Positions 19,689 to 29,711 are shown, counted from the first letter of the stretch. The stretch: DNA of 58,491 nucleotides from Acidobacteriota bacterium (GCA_041494445.1 JBGQAU010000006.1:1-58491), one strand, 5' to 3'. Notes: generated by a model from the letters alone, not told the origin. Numbers and translations are program-made.

Positions 19689-19951
19689 TCCGGCGGCTCT
19701 TCGTCCTTCTCCTGGCCGTGTTCGGCGCGTGGTGGTGGGTTCGCCGCCTCGCGGGCGATCTCGCCGCCGTGGGCCCCGCGCATCGCTATGCCGTCCCGCG
19801 GTTCGAGGGCGCGATGGTCCGGGACCGGATCTGCCAGACGTTCCTGCCGAAGTCCCGCGCCCTCATCGTCCGTCACGGCGAGGAGGAGCACTTCTTCTGC
19901 TCCGAAGCCTGCCGGGCGGCGTTTCTCTCGCGCCGGCGGGCCGCTCGCTGA
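19685..19951 (+). CDS. Small membrane protein with a YHS/TRASH-like domain
   Basis: GTGA overlap; TM helix then MVRDRICQTF...HFFCSEAC. Confidence 0.75.
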   Translation: MIRRLFVLLLAVFGAWWWVRRLAGDLAAVGPAHRYAVPRFEGAMVRDRICQTFLPKSRALIVRHGEEEHFFCSEACRAAFLSRRRAAR

Positions 19952-20033
19952 TCCTGGCTCCCCGACTGGCCGATCCCTCTCCGGAACCTATATTTGCCCC
20001 CGCCGGCGGCGGTGTGCCGGAACGGGGTCGCCC

Positions 20034-22073
20034 ATGGATCGCCAGCAGATCGACCAGCTTCACGAGAAGGCCTCCGAGCATTACTTGCGCGGCGAGTTCC
20101 GCGACGCTCTTGAAGCCTGGGAATCGCTCCTCACCATCGATCCCGGAGACGAGCAGGCGATGGAGGGGGTGCGGCTCGCCGCGCTGCTCGCCGATGGGAC
20201 CGAGCCTCCGGCGCCGCCCGCGCCCCCCCTGCCGTCGATCGATCCCGCCGACCTCCAGAAGCGTCTCGACGAGGTGGACGCGCACATCGAGGCCGGGGAC
20301 CTCAAGGGGGCGGTGGACGTGGCGGAGAGGCTCGCGGCCGAGCTCCCGTTCGACCCCGCGGCGATCGAGGCGAGGGACCGAGCGCGCCGCGCGCTCGAGA
20401 CCGAGCCCTTCCTCGAGGAACAGCTGGCGCGCGCCAAGGCGGAGCTCGTGGCCGGGCGGGCCGGCGCCGCGGCGCTCGCGTGCCGCAGCATCCTCTCCAT
20501 CGATCCCCAGCACTTCGAGGCGGCGAGCCTGCTGCGCCGGTGCGAAGGCGCCCCCGAGGGGGGCGATCCCCTCGACGAGGGCCTGAAGGTCCTCGACACG
20601 CTCGCGATTCGCCTCGACGGCGCGAAACAAGTCGTGGAGGCATTCCCTCGGCCGCGCCCGGCGGCGGAGCCGCCGGTCACGATGGCCCCTCCCGCGCCGG
20701 TGGCGCCGCCCGCCCATGCGACGGCGGCGGCGAGCGACGCCAAGGGGCCAGGTCCGCTGAGTCCGCCCACGCAGAGCGCCGCGGCGGACGAGCTCCGTCG
20801 CCGTGTCGACGACCTTCTTGCAGAAGCCAGGCGCGAGGCAGCCGCCGATCGGATCGACGAGGCGCTGGGGATCCTCTCCCGCGTTTTCATCCTCGACGAG
20901 CAGAACCAGAAGGCGCTGACGCTCGAGCAGGATCTCCGCACGGCCCAGGGGAAGTCGAGCCGCGATGCCGACGCATGGCTCCAGGAGGCCGTCCAGGATT
21001 TCGAGGCGGGCAGGATCGAGGAGGCGCGGGACCTCTTCCTGAAGGTCCTGAGGAGGTATCCCGGCCACCTCGAGGCGGTGGACTACCTCGAGAGGATCGA
21101 CTCCGCAGAGGCGCGGAAGGAGGAGGGAGCGGCGGCCGCGGGCTACAAGCCGGTGTTCCGAGGCGAGGACCTGCTCGCCGGCGGCGAGGCGCCCTCAGGG
21201 CCCCGGACGATGACCGCGGAGCCGGGCACGTGCGCGATTCCCCTCGAGCGTGGAACCGGCCAGGCGGAGAACGCGCCCCAGGCTGACCACGCCGGGCCCT
21301 GGACTCTCGAGGAGTCGGGAATCGTGGGCCGGGCGCCGGCCGCGCCGGCCGTCGCCGCGTCGACGCCGTTCTCGCTTCCCTGGCCGCTCGTCGGAGGCCT
21401 GGCCGCAGTCGTGGTCGTCGCTGCGATCGCCGGGATCGCGTGGCAGGTCCCCAAGCTGTTCCATGCCCGGAGCGCTCACACCGTGCCGGCCGCGCAGCTC
21501 GGCGCTCCGGCGGCGCCGGGTCCCGCGCGCCGGCCGGCCGCCGCGGCGCCCGATACCGTGTATCCTCCTGCCGCGAAGAGCGCACCCGAGGCGATGGCCC
21601 GCGCGAAGGCCGCGATGGACTCCGGCGCGTACGCTGCGGCCGTCATCGCGTACAACGAGGCGCTGACGCTCGACCCCAGTCTCGAGGAGGCGCGCGCGGG
21701 CCTGATGCAGGCGGGCGATCGCTACAAGGTCCAGAAGGCCGACCGCGACCAGATCGACCGCGCGAAAATCGCGTTCGAGGAGGGGGAGTACACCCCGACC
21801 CTGAAGATCCTGTACCGGCTGCCCGAGGGTCGTTACGCGGCCGAGGTCGAGCGCTACAAGGTCAACGCCTGGTACAACCTCGGCCTCGTATCCCTCCGCG
21901 CGGGAAACTGCAAGGAAGCTCAGGAGAGCTTCGACGAGGCGCTAGGGCTCCGCCCCGGCGAGACGGACATCCGCCGGGCGAAGGGCCTCGCTCAAAAATA
22001 CCAGGCGGCCGCCAAGGACCGCGCGTTCTACGATGCCGCCGAGGCGATTCCGTTCCGCAGGATCAACGAGTAG
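20034..22073 (+). CDS. Large TPR-rich bitopic membrane protein
   Basis: ATG 20034; multiple TPR-like units, Pro/Ala linkers and one TM segment (LVGGLAAVVVVAAIAGIAW). Confidence 0.8.
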   Translation: MDRQQIDQLHEKASEHYLRGEFRDALEAWESLLTIDPGDEQAMEGVRLAALLADGTEPPAPPAPPLPSIDPADLQKRLDEVDAHIEAGDLKGAVDVAERLAAELPFDPAAIEARDRARRALETEPFLEEQLARAKAELVAGRAGAAALACRSILSIDPQHFEAASLLRRCEGAPEGGDPLDEGLKVLDTLAIRLDGAKQVVEAFPRPRPAAEPPVTMAPPAPVAPPAHATAAASDAKGPGPLSPPTQSAAADELRRRVDDLLAEARREAAADRIDEALGILSRVFILDEQNQKALTLEQDLRTAQGKSSRDADAWLQEAVQDFEAGRIEEARDLFLKVLRRYPGHLEAVDYLERIDSAEARKEEGAAAAGYKPVFRGEDLLAGGEAPSGPRTMTAEPGTCAIPLERGTGQAENAPQADHAGPWTLEESGIVGRAPAAPAVAASTPFSLPWPLVGGLAAVVVVAAIAGIAWQVPKLFHARSAHTVPAAQLGAPAAPGPARRPAAAAPDTVYPPAAKSAPEAMARAKAAMDSGAYAAAVIAYNEALTLDPSLEEARAGLMQAGDRYKVQKADRDQIDRAKIAFEEGEYTPTLKILYRLPEGRYAAEVERYKVNAWYNLGLVSLRAGNCKEAQESFDEALGLRPGETDIRRAKGLAQKYQAAAKDRAFYDAAEAIPFRRINE

Positions 22074-22084
22074 AGCGTCTCCGC

Positions 22085-23659
22085 CTAGTGCCGGAAGTGG
22101 CGCCGGCCGGTGAACACCATCGCCATGCCGTGCTCGTCGGCCGCCGCGATCACTTCGGGGTCGCGGATCGAACCCCCGGGCTGGATCACCGCGGTCACGC
22201 CCGCCTGGGCGGCCACGTCCAGACCGTCGCGGAACGGGAAGAACGCGTCGGACGCCACCACGGCGCCCCGGAGCGTCAGGCGCGCCTTCTGGACCCCGAG
22301 GCGCGCCGAGTCCACCCGGCTCATCTGGCCCGCGCCGATCCCCACCGTGCGGTCCGCGAGGGCGTAAACGATCGCGTTCGACTTGACGGCCCGGACCACG
22401 GTCCAGGCGAACTCCAGCGCCTTCCACTCCTGGTCGCCGGGCGGGCGGCGCGTCACCACCTTCGCCTCGAGGACCGGATCGGGGTCGTCGTCCCAGCCCT
22501 GCACGAGCAGGCCCCCGTTCACGCGGCGGAGGTCGAAGCCGGAGCGGGCGTACCCGGAGAGGCCGCCGCACTGCAGGAGCCTGAGGTTCTTCTTCCGCGC
22601 GAGCACCTCCCTGGCGCCCTCCTCGAACCCTGGCGCGATCACCCCTTCGTAGAACGCCTCGGCGATCGCCTCGGCGGCCGCGCGGTCCACGGGCAGGTTG
22701 AGCGCGATCACGCCGCCGAACGCGCTCTCCGGGTCGCACTCGAGCGCCTTGCGGAACGCGTCGGCCCCGCCCCGTCCCAGGGCGACGCCGCACGGGTTGC
22801 CGTGCTTGATGATCGCGCAAGCCTCGTTCCGGAAGGCCGCCGCGAGGGTCAGAGCGCCGTCGAAGTCCAGGAGGTTGTTGAACGAGAGCGGCTTTCCCTG
22901 GAGCTGGACCGCGCGGCTGACAGATGGGCCGGTCGCCAGCGGATCCCGATAGAAGGCGGCGCTCTGGTGCGGGTTCTCGCCGTACACCAGGTCGAGCGAC
23001 TTGAAGAACGCGAGCTCGAGTTTTTCCGGGAACCCCCCGCCGTCCGCCGCGGGCACCTCCCCCCGCGGGCCGATCCGGCTGAGGTAGGCCGAGACCGCGG
23101 CGTCGTAGGCGCAGGTGTGGCGGAACGCCTTGACCGCCAGCGAGAGTCGGGTCTCGGAGGAGAGGCCGCCGCTTTCCCGGATCTCCTCGATCACCGCCCC
23201 GTAGTCCGCCGGGTCCACCACCACCCCGACGTGGGCGAAGTTCTTGGCCGCGGCGCGGACCATCGTGGGCCCGCCGACGTCGATCATCTCCACCGCCTCG
23301 GCGAGACCGATCCCTTCGATGGAGGCGGTCTTCTCGAACGGGTAGAGGTTGGCCACGACCAGGTCGATCGGGTCGATCCCGGAGCGCTTCAGGTCCTCCA
23401 TGTGCCGGGCGTCGGACCGGATGGCGAGGATCCCCGCGTGGATCCTCGGGTGCAGCGTCTTGACGCGGCCGTCCAGCATCTCGGGAAAGCCGGTCCGCTC
23501 GGACACCCGCACCACCGGGACGCCGTTCTCCTTGAGAAGCCGTGAGGTCCCTCCGGTGGAGAGGATCTCGATGCCGGCGGAATCGAGGTCCCGGCAGAAG
23601 GGGACGATGCCTTCCTTGTCGAAGGCGCTCACGAGGGCTCGGCGGATCGGTTCGACCAT
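22085..23659 (-). CDS. purH: Bifunctional AICAR transformylase / IMP cyclohydrolase
   Basis: [29 protein letters not shown] and TGRRHFRH. Confidence 0.97.
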   Translation of the reverse strand: MVEPIRRALVSAFDKEGIVPFCRDLDSAGIEILSTGGTSRLLKENGVPVVRVSERTGFPEMLDGRVKTLHPRIHAGILAIRSDARHMEDLKRSGIDPIDLVVANLYPFEKTASIEGIGLAEAVEMIDVGGPTMVRAAAKNFAHVGVVVDPADYGAVIEEIRESGGLSSETRLSLAVKAFRHTCAYDAAVSAYLSRIGPRGEVPAADGGGFPEKLELAFFKSLDLVYGENPHQSAAFYRDPLATGPSVSRAVQLQGKPLSFNNLLDFDGALTLAAAFRNEACAIIKHGNPCGVALGRGGADAFRKALECDPESAFGGVIALNLPVDRAAAEAIAEAFYEGVIAPGFEEGAREVLARKKNLRLLQCGGLSGYARSGFDLRRVNGGLLVQGWDDDPDPVLEAKVVTRRPPGDQEWKALEFAWTVVRAVKSNAIVYALADRTVGIGAGQMSRVDSARLGVQKARLTLRGAVVASDAFFPFRDGLDVAAQAGVTAVIQPGGSIRDPEVIAAADEHGMAMVFTGRRHFRH

Positions 23660-24429
23660 CACGGGTTCCTTTCTCTCCGATCCCCGTCCTCGCGCGGAGC
23701 GGCCCGCGGCCCGGGGTACGGGATGCGCCCGACGTCTCCGTGGGCCGTGCGCCACGCCGCGAGCCATGCCCTCGCGATGTCGGTCACGGTCCGCGAGTAG
23801 GAGAGGGATGCCACGGCGAACGGGACGGAACGGTCGTCGAAGGCCGCGGGGGCGGGAGGTGTTCCGGCGGCGGCGTAGGCGCGCTCCAGGTTCGGGAACT
23901 CCTTCCGCGCTCGATCGAGGACGCGGCGGGCGAACCCGCGGAAGTCGCCACGCGCCAGGTCCTCGTCATCGTAGCCGTAGAACACCTGCGGGATCCTGGG
24001 ACGGCGCGACTCGCAGAACGCGGCGAAGTCGGCATAACGCGCGGCCCCCTCCGCTCCCGCGGCCGCGGGGGGGAACCCCGCGTCGGCGACCGAGCGGGCG
24101 AGGGCGCCGAAGGACCTCGCGACCCCGTCGAACCCCGCCGCGGACTCGACCGAGCGGACGAGCGCCGCGGCGCGGGTCGCGATCTCCAGGTCGAGCGTCC
24201 CGCCCTGCCACGGAGGCCGGCGGGCGGTTTCGTCCTCCCCGTTCATCGGCTCGAGCATGCCGCGAAGCAGCGGTTCGCGGTGGTGCTCGAGGGCGAGGCG
24301 GAGCGACGCGGGCATCAGCCGAATCGCCTCGTCGGCCATCTGGGCACGGGTGCGCGGCGTCCAGGCGGCCGCCGGCGCGACCGGGAGCGCGAGCAGGACG
24401 GCGAGCGTCAGAGGTCGGAGCGGCGTCAT
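23659..24429 (-). CDS. Secreted protein resembling the phospholipase C / P1 nuclease fold, with degenerate metal ligands
   Basis: Signal peptide ending AAA followed by an N-terminal Trp; A..LMP..L and FGALARSVAD patterns; stop overlaps the purH start. Confidence 0.6.
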   Translation of the reverse strand: MTPLRPLTLAVLLALPVAPAAAWTPRTRAQMADEAIRLMPASLRLALEHHREPLLRGMLEPMNGEDETARRPPWQGGTLDLEIATRAAALVRSVESAAGFDGVARSFGALARSVADAGFPPAAAGAEGAARYADFAAFCESRRPRIPQVFYGYDDEDLARGDFRGFARRVLDRARKEFPNLERAYAAAGTPPAPAAFDDRSVPFAVASLSYSRTVTDIARAWLAAWRTAHGDVGRIPYPGPRAAPREDGDRRERNP

Positions 24430-24502
24430 GCGGGCGGAAGTTTACCAGATCGGGACCGTGTCGAGGCCCGGTCCCGAGCGCCCGTCGTACCGCTTTCCCG
24501 GG

Positions 24503-25597
24503 CTACTTCTTCGGGTTCTCTTCCGTCTGCCCTGCGGGGAGCCGCTCGATCGTGGGACTGGGCGGTCTCGGCGGCTGCGGCGAAGGGGCGGCGGTCGCCG
24601 GGGCCGGGGCGGGAGGTGAAGCGGGAGGCGCCGGCTGGGCGGCGGGCGGGCTCGCGGGAGCGGGGCGCGGCGGCCGTGGCGAGGGGGTGGCGGGCTTCGG
24701 CGGCGGCGGCGAGGGGGCGGCGGTCGCCGGGGCCGGCGCGGGAGGGGAAGGGGGAGCGGCCGGCTGGGCAGCCGGCGGGCTCGCGGGAGCGGGGCGCGGC
24801 GGCTGCGGCGGGCCGGACGTCACCGGCAGGAGCGGGAGGCCCATCGCGCCGGACTGTCCCGCGTAGTTCAGTAGCTTCACCACGAGCATCCGATCGTTGC
24901 TCACCACTTGCGGGTTGAACTTCGGGTCCCCCATCCTCGGGTCGAGGGTCAGGGCGGTGCTGTACTCACCCACGGCGGCGTCGTAATCGCCCTGACTCTC
25001 GTAGATGGTGCCGAGGTCGTAGTGCGCGTAGGCATCGTTCCCGTCGATGGAGAGGGCGCGCTTGTACGCGGCACGCGCCGCCGACTTCCGGCCGGCCGCG
25101 CGGTGCAGGGTGCCCAGGTTCACCCAGAGCGTCGATTTCTTGGAATCGAGCCTAAGCGCGGCCCGCTGGTACTGGATGGCATCCTCGTAATAGCCGCGTC
25201 GGCCCAGGAGGACCGCGAAGTCGTTGAGGTCGCCCGCGGTCGCGCCGCCCCGGTCCACGAGGCCGAGGTAGCTCTTGACGGCCGGATCGCTCGCGATCTG
25301 GCTCGTCCCGAGACGCGCCCCGATCTTGACGAGATCTCGCGGCGCGGCCGAACGGACCTCCTGATCGGCCTTCTTGGTCTCGCGCGGGGTCTCCGCGGCG
25401 GGTGCCGACCCGTCCCGGCGGCGCGGGCGGAGCCGTTGCCAGAACGAGACCTTGGCGGTCGTCTTCCCCGCGGCCGCCTCGGCCGAGGGCTGCGCCGGCT
25501 GCTTCGGCGGATCGGCGGCGAGCGCGATACCGAAGGATGCGCAGGCGATGACCAGCGACGACAGAACAATCCAGGCTACCGGGCTGCGGTGCCTCAT
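24503..25597 (-). CDS. Secreted TPR protein with a Pro/Ala-rich repetitive C-terminus
   Basis: Signal peptide and TPR units (LWVNLGTLH, AHYDLGTIYE). Confidence 0.82.
   Translation of the reverse strand: MRHRSPVAWIVLSSLVIACASFGIALAADPPKQPAQPSAEAAAGKTTAKVSFWQRLRPRRRDGSAPAAETPRETKKADQEVRSAAPRDLVKIGARLGTSQIASDPAVKSYLGLVDRGGATAGDLNDFAVLLGRRGYYEDAIQYQRAALRLDSKKSTLWVNLGTLHRAAGRKSAARAAYKRALSIDGNDAYAHYDLGTIYESQGDYDAAVGEYSTALTLDPRMGDPKFNPQVVSNDRMLVVKLLNYAGQSGAMGLPLLPVTSGPPQPPRPAPASPPAAQPAAPPSPPAPAPATAAPSPPPPKPATPSPRPPRPAPASPPAAQPAPPASPPAPAPATAAPSPQPPRPPSPTIERLPAGQTEENPKK
24565..24810 (-). repeat. Imperfect 129-bp (43-aa) coding tandem duplication
   Basis: PPRPAPASPPAAQPA...PPAPAPATAAPSP occurs twice. 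Confidence 0.8.
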
Positions 25598-25619
25598 GGC
25601 GGGTCCTCGTCACCCCGGA

Positions 25620-26192
25620 TCAACGACCGGGGCGTGCTTTCAGGAGAACCTTACCCTCATGGAGTACGAGGCGCAACTCGACGTCGCTGCAGCCGGAGCT
25701 CTCGCGAAGGCGCTCCGCCTGGGCGGAAACCCCGCGCAGGAAGGACTCGAATCCGACGCTGCGGCCGTCGCAGCCGGCTTTCCGGCGCGCCTCCAGGAAG
25801 CGGGCGTGCAGCAGCTTGAGGCTCTCCTGCTCGCCGATCACGTCGTGGATGCGGCACCGTGCGAGGAGCCGCTCCGTCTCGGTGGCCGGCCGGTCCAGGA
25901 GGGAGGGGACCGGACGAGCGCCTTCTTCCGTCCCCTTGAGGGTCTTGCTCCAGAGCTCGGAGAGGCTGTTGTAGCGGGCGGCCAGCGAGCTGAAGTGGAA
26001 ACGGTGGGCGTACTTCCGTAGCGGCGCGTTCGTGTAACGCTTGATGAGCCGCTCGAGCTCCGACCGCAGCTCCAGCGGCTGCCTCGGGATCGCGCCGGCG
26101 AAGAACATGTCGTACTGGATCTTCAGTTGGCGCAGACCCGCCTCGAGCCGCTCGATGTCCGCCTCGATTCCCAGGTTCGGCAGGTCCGGCAC
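25620..26192 (-). CDS. Protein resembling the MXAN_5187 C-terminal domain
   Basis: LKIQYDMFFAG...P...R..LE..I...RFHFSSLAARYNS...W pattern, recognised from memory; GTG 26192 start inferred. Confidence 0.7.
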   Translation of the reverse strand: MPDLPNLGIEADIERLEAGLRQLKIQYDMFFAGAIPRQPLELRSELERLIKRYTNAPLRKYAHRFHFSSLAARYNSLSELWSKTLKGTEEGARPVPSLLDRPATETERLLARCRIHDVIGEQESLKLLHARFLEARRKAGCDGRSVGFESFLRGVSAQAERLRESSGCSDVELRLVLHEGKVLLKARPGR

Positions 26193-26280
26193 GAGCAGTT
26201 TCTCCGTATAATCGCCGGCTGGAACGGCGCATTTGCGGCTACATCGACCCGCGGAAAAATATAGGTTGGGGTGGAAGGCG

Positions 26281-27750
26281 ATGCAAACAAACCGAGGAAA
26301 GCGGGACGGACCCGAGAAAGCGCGTTTCCCCGATCTCCGCGGGATCCCGGCGGTGGGAAGGCTCCTCGGGAGCGCGCCGTTCGAGCGGCTCTCGCGGGAG
26401 TTCGGACCCGGCCTCGTCACGGACCTGCTCCGGGAGGAGATCGAGCGGCTCCGGGACGCCGTCCGAGGGGACAGGCTGCCCAAGGCCGCGCTCCGCAAGG
26501 CGGGTACGGCCGCCGCCCTCGCGAGGGCGGTCGGCGAGCGGGCGCGCAGTCTGCTCCGGCCCTCCCCGAGGACCGTGATCAACGCGACCGGCGTCGTGGC
26601 CCACACCAACCTGGGGCGGTCGGTCCTCTCCGAGGCCGCGGCCGCGCGGGTCGCCGCGACGGCCGCCGCGTACATGGACCTCGAGATCGACCTCGAGCGC
26701 GGAGCCCGTGGCAGCAGGTTCTCGCACCTCGACCCGCTCCTCGCCCGGCTCTTCCCGGGCCACGCGGCGACGGCGGTCAACAACAACGCCGCGGCGATCC
26801 TCCTGGCGCTCAGAGCGCTGGCGCGGGGGAAGGAGGTCGTCGTCTCGCGCGGGGAGCTGGTGGAGATCGGCGGTTCGTTCCGCGTCCCGGACATCCTGGC
26901 GGTATCGGGGGCGAGGCTCCGCGAGGTGGGGACCACGAACCGGACGCGCGCCGCGGACTACGAGGCCGCCGTCGGGCCGAAGACCGGGCTGATCCTCAAG
27001 GTGCACACCAGCAACTTCAGGATCGTCGGGTTCACCGAGGAGGCGCCGCTCGAGGACCTCGCCGCCGTGGCCGGGAAGGCGGGAATCCCGCTGGTCGTGG
27101 ACTGGGGAAGCGGAGACCTCGTGGACTTGGCACCGCTCGGCATCGCCGACGAGATCCCGGTGCGGAGGATCCTCGATCGCGGGGCGGACGTCGTCACGTT
27201 CAGCGGCGACAAGCTCCTGGGCGGGCCCCAGGCGGGGATCGCGGTCGGTCGCGAGGAGCTGATCGCGAGGATGAAACGCGACCCCCTGGCCCGGGCGCTG
27301 AGGCTCGATCGGCTCCAGGTCGCGGCGCTCCGCGAGACGCTCGCGTCCTACGTGAGAGGGCGGGCATTCGAGGAGGTCCCGACGCTGCGGATGATCGGGG
27401 CCGAAGCGGAGGAAATCGGCCGGCGCGCGGAGCGGCTCAAGCGCGAGGTCGCGCGCGGCGCGGGCACGGGCGCGCGCCTTTCGGTCGTGGACGGAGTCTC
27501 GCGCACGGGGGGCGGCTCCTCGCCGCTCGGCGAGCGACCGACGCGACTCCTCGCCGTCGCGGACTCGCGCGGGGACGCCGGCCCGATCGAGCGCGCGCTC
27601 CGCCTCGGCGACCCCCCGGTCCTCGCGCGGCTCCACGAGGGGAAGCTGCTCCTCGACCTCAGGACGGTGCTGCCTTCCCAGGAGCGGGCGCTCGCCGACC
27701 GGCTGGTCGAGGCGCTCCGCGGCGGTCCTACACGCCGAAGCGGAAGTTGA
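26281..27750 (+). CDS. selA: L-seryl-tRNA(Sec) selenium transferase
   Basis: VINATGVVAHTNLGRS, VNNNAAA, SRGELVEIGGSFR and FSGDKLLGGPQAG. Confidence 0.96.
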   Translation: MQTNRGKRDGPEKARFPDLRGIPAVGRLLGSAPFERLSREFGPGLVTDLLREEIERLRDAVRGDRLPKAALRKAGTAAALARAVGERARSLLRPSPRTVINATGVVAHTNLGRSVLSEAAAARVAATAAAYMDLEIDLERGARGSRFSHLDPLLARLFPGHAATAVNNNAAAILLALRALARGKEVVVSRGELVEIGGSFRVPDILAVSGARLREVGTTNRTRAADYEAAVGPKTGLILKVHTSNFRIVGFTEEAPLEDLAAVAGKAGIPLVVDWGSGDLVDLAPLGIADEIPVRRILDRGADVVTFSGDKLLGGPQAGIAVGREELIARMKRDPLARALRLDRLQVAALRETLASYVRGRAFEEVPTLRMIGAEAEEIGRRAERLKREVARGAGTGARLSVVDGVSRTGGGSSPLGERPTRLLAVADSRGDAGPIERALRLGDPPVLARLHEGKLLLDLRTVLPSQERALADRLVEALRGGPTRRSGS

Positions 27751-28804
27751 TCACGTCGCCGTCGCGGACGACGTAGTCCTTCCCCTCGAGCCGGAGCGTG
27801 CCGCGCTCGCGGCAGGCGGCCCAGGAGCCGGCGGCGATCAGGTCGTCGTAGGCCGTAAGCTCGGCGCGGATGAAGCCGCGCTCCATGTCGCTGTGGACGG
27901 TCCCCGCGGCGCTTCTCGCCGGCGTTCCCTCCCGGATCGTCCAGGCGCGGCACTCGTCGTCGCCCACGGTGAAGAACGATATCTGGCCCAGGAGCCGGTA
28001 CGAGCCGCGGATCATCCGGTCGAGAGCCGGTTCCCTGATCCCCAACTCGGCACGAAACGCCGCGCCGTCGGCCGGGTCCAGGAGGGCGATCTCCCCCTCG
28101 ATGCGCGCGGACAGCGCGACCACCTCGGTCGCGGGCCTTCCCTCGAGCCCGCCGAGACCGAACGAGGGAGCGCCCCCCGCGAGCAGCCTCGCGTCGGCCT
28201 CGTCCGCGTTGACCACGACGAGCAGGGGCTTGAGCGAGAGGAACGTGAAGCCGCGCAGCCGGCGCCTCTCCTCCTCCGGGAACTCGAGGTTGCGGAGCGG
28301 CACCTCGCGCTCGAGGGCGGAGAGGCACTTCTTGAGGAGGTCGAGCTCCTTCCGGTCGTCGTCGCGATGGGCCTTCTTGACGGCCATCTCCAGCTTCTCG
28401 ATCCGGCGGCTCGCGATGGTGTGGTCCGCGAGGATCAGCTCGGTCTCCATCGTCGAGACGTCCCGGGGCGGGTCGGGGGGGCCCTCCACGTGCGGGATGG
28501 ATTCGTCGCGGAACCCGCGCACCACGTGCGCGAGCGCGTCGGCCGTGCGGAGCTGGTCCAGGGGGAGCGCGTCGGCCGCCTCGCCCTTCTCCACTCCGGC
28601 GATGTCCATGTACTCGACCGTCGCGGGGGTCTCCTTCCTCGGGTGGTACATCTCCGTCAGCCGGTCGAGCCGCGGATCGGGCACCCTCGCGACCCCGGCG
28701 CGGACCTCCTCGCGCGCGCCGTGCGCCGGCGGCGGCGCGCCGGTGAGCAGCGAGAACAGCGTGCTCTTCCCGGTCTTCGGGAAGCCGAACAGGCCGATGC
28801 GCAT
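27728..28804 (-). CDS. ychF: Ribosome-binding ATPase YchF
   Basis: GFPKTGKS, VPDPRL, DIAG, FFTVG, GFIRAE and EGKDYVVRDGD. Confidence 0.95.
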   Translation of the reverse strand: MRIGLFGFPKTGKSTLFSLLTGAPPPAHGAREEVRAGVARVPDPRLDRLTEMYHPRKETPATVEYMDIAGVEKGEAADALPLDQLRTADALAHVVRGFRDESIPHVEGPPDPPRDVSTMETELILADHTIASRRIEKLEMAVKKAHRDDDRKELDLLKKCLSALEREVPLRNLEFPEEERRRLRGFTFLSLKPLLVVVNADEADARLLAGGAPSFGLGGLEGRPATEVVALSARIEGEIALLDPADGAAFRAELGIREPALDRMIRGSYRLLGQISFFTVGDDECRAWTIREGTPARSAAGTVHSDMERGFIRAELTAYDDLIAAGSWAACRERGTLRLEGKDYVVRDGDVINFRFGV

Positions 28805-28886
28805 CGTGCGGGTCCCCTCGGGCGCCAGCATAGCGGACCGCGCCCGCGAGGGGCAAGCGAAGCGCGCCCGTCGGGGCCGGGTCGCG

Positions 28887-28915
28887 TTGACGGGTCATGG
28901 ACCCTCTGTTAAAGT
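28887..28915 (+). promoter_or_regulatory. Sigma70 promoter of the tRNA cluster
   Basis: TTGACG-N17-TAAAGT with an extended -10 TG; GGGTC-N3-GACCC inverted repeat in the spacer. Confidence 0.7.
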
Positions 28916-28942
28916 TCCGGCGCCAGGCCCGGGATGGAACAG

Positions 28943-29021
<79 letters not shown>

Positions 29022-29058
29022 CTCCTTGCGAGGCCCGGTCCCGGTGGAGGGCGTCGGG

Positions 29059-29136
29059 GCGCGTGTAGCTCAGCCCGGATAGAGCACTAGCCTCCGGAGC
29101 TAGGTGTCGCAGGTTCGAATCCTGCCACGCGCACCA
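29059..29136 (+). tRNA. tRNA-Arg(CCG)
   Basis: Anticodon arm CTAGC-CTCCGGA-GCTAG; CCA end. Confidence 0.97.
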
Positions 29137-29169
29137 AACCGGTTTCCCGCGTAAAGCTGAAGAGGGTCG

Positions 29170-29245
29170 GCGCCTGTAGCTCAGCGGATAGAGCAGCGGC
29201 CTTCTAAGCCGCGGGTCGGGGGTTCAACTCCCTCCAGGCGCGCCA
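29170..29245 (+). tRNA. tRNA-Arg(TCT)
   Basis: Anticodon arm GCGGC-CTTCTAA-GCCGC; CCA end. Confidence 0.97.
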
Positions 29246-29270
29246 GGGTCGAAGGCCGTTCGAAACGTGT

Positions 29271-29347
29271 GGTGAGTGTAGCTCAGCTGGTAGAGCTCCA
29301 GACTGTGGATCTGGCTGTCGAGGGTTCGAATCCCTCCACTCACCCCA
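29271..29347 (+). tRNA. tRNA-His(GTG)
   Basis: Anticodon arm CCAGA-CTGTGGA-TCTGG; encoded G-1 and C73; CCA end. Confidence 0.97.
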
Positions 29348-29382
29348 GACCGGCGGGCGGCGTCCTTGCAGGATCGAACTTC

Positions 29383-29460
29383 GCGCCCGTAGCTCAGGCC
29401 GGATAGAGCATCGGACTTCGGATCCGACGGTCGGGGGTTCAAATCCCTCCGGGCGCGCCA
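29383..29460 (+). tRNA. tRNA-Arg(TCG)
   Basis: Anticodon arm TCGGA-CTTCGGA-TCCGA; acceptor stem GCGCCCG/CGGGCGC; CCA end. Confidence 0.95.
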
Positions 29461-29547
29461 ATTCCGACGGAGAGCGGGCCGTACGGGCGGCTCCCGGCGG
29501 ACGGCGGGCTGTGCTAGGATTACCGGTCGCCGCGCAGTCGTCAGGAT

Positions 29548-29623
29548 GGGCCGCTAGCTCAATTGGTAGAGCAGCAGACTCTTAATCTGCGGGTTCCAGG
29601 TTCGATTCCTGGGCGGCTCACCA
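29548..29623 (+). tRNA. tRNA-Lys(CTT)
   Basis: Anticodon arm GCAGA-CTCTTAA-TCTGC; CCA end. Confidence 0.97.
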
Positions 29624-29711
29624 TCTTGTTCGCTTCGCGGGGTCGCGGCCGGGATGCGGTCGCGCGACCCGCTCCCCCAGGCCGTAGGGCGACGATATCG
29701 GAGAAGGGCGC

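Noticed and set aside
29204-29461. Small minus-strand ORFs over the tRNA cluster
   Set aside because: They are antisense translations of tRNA genes.
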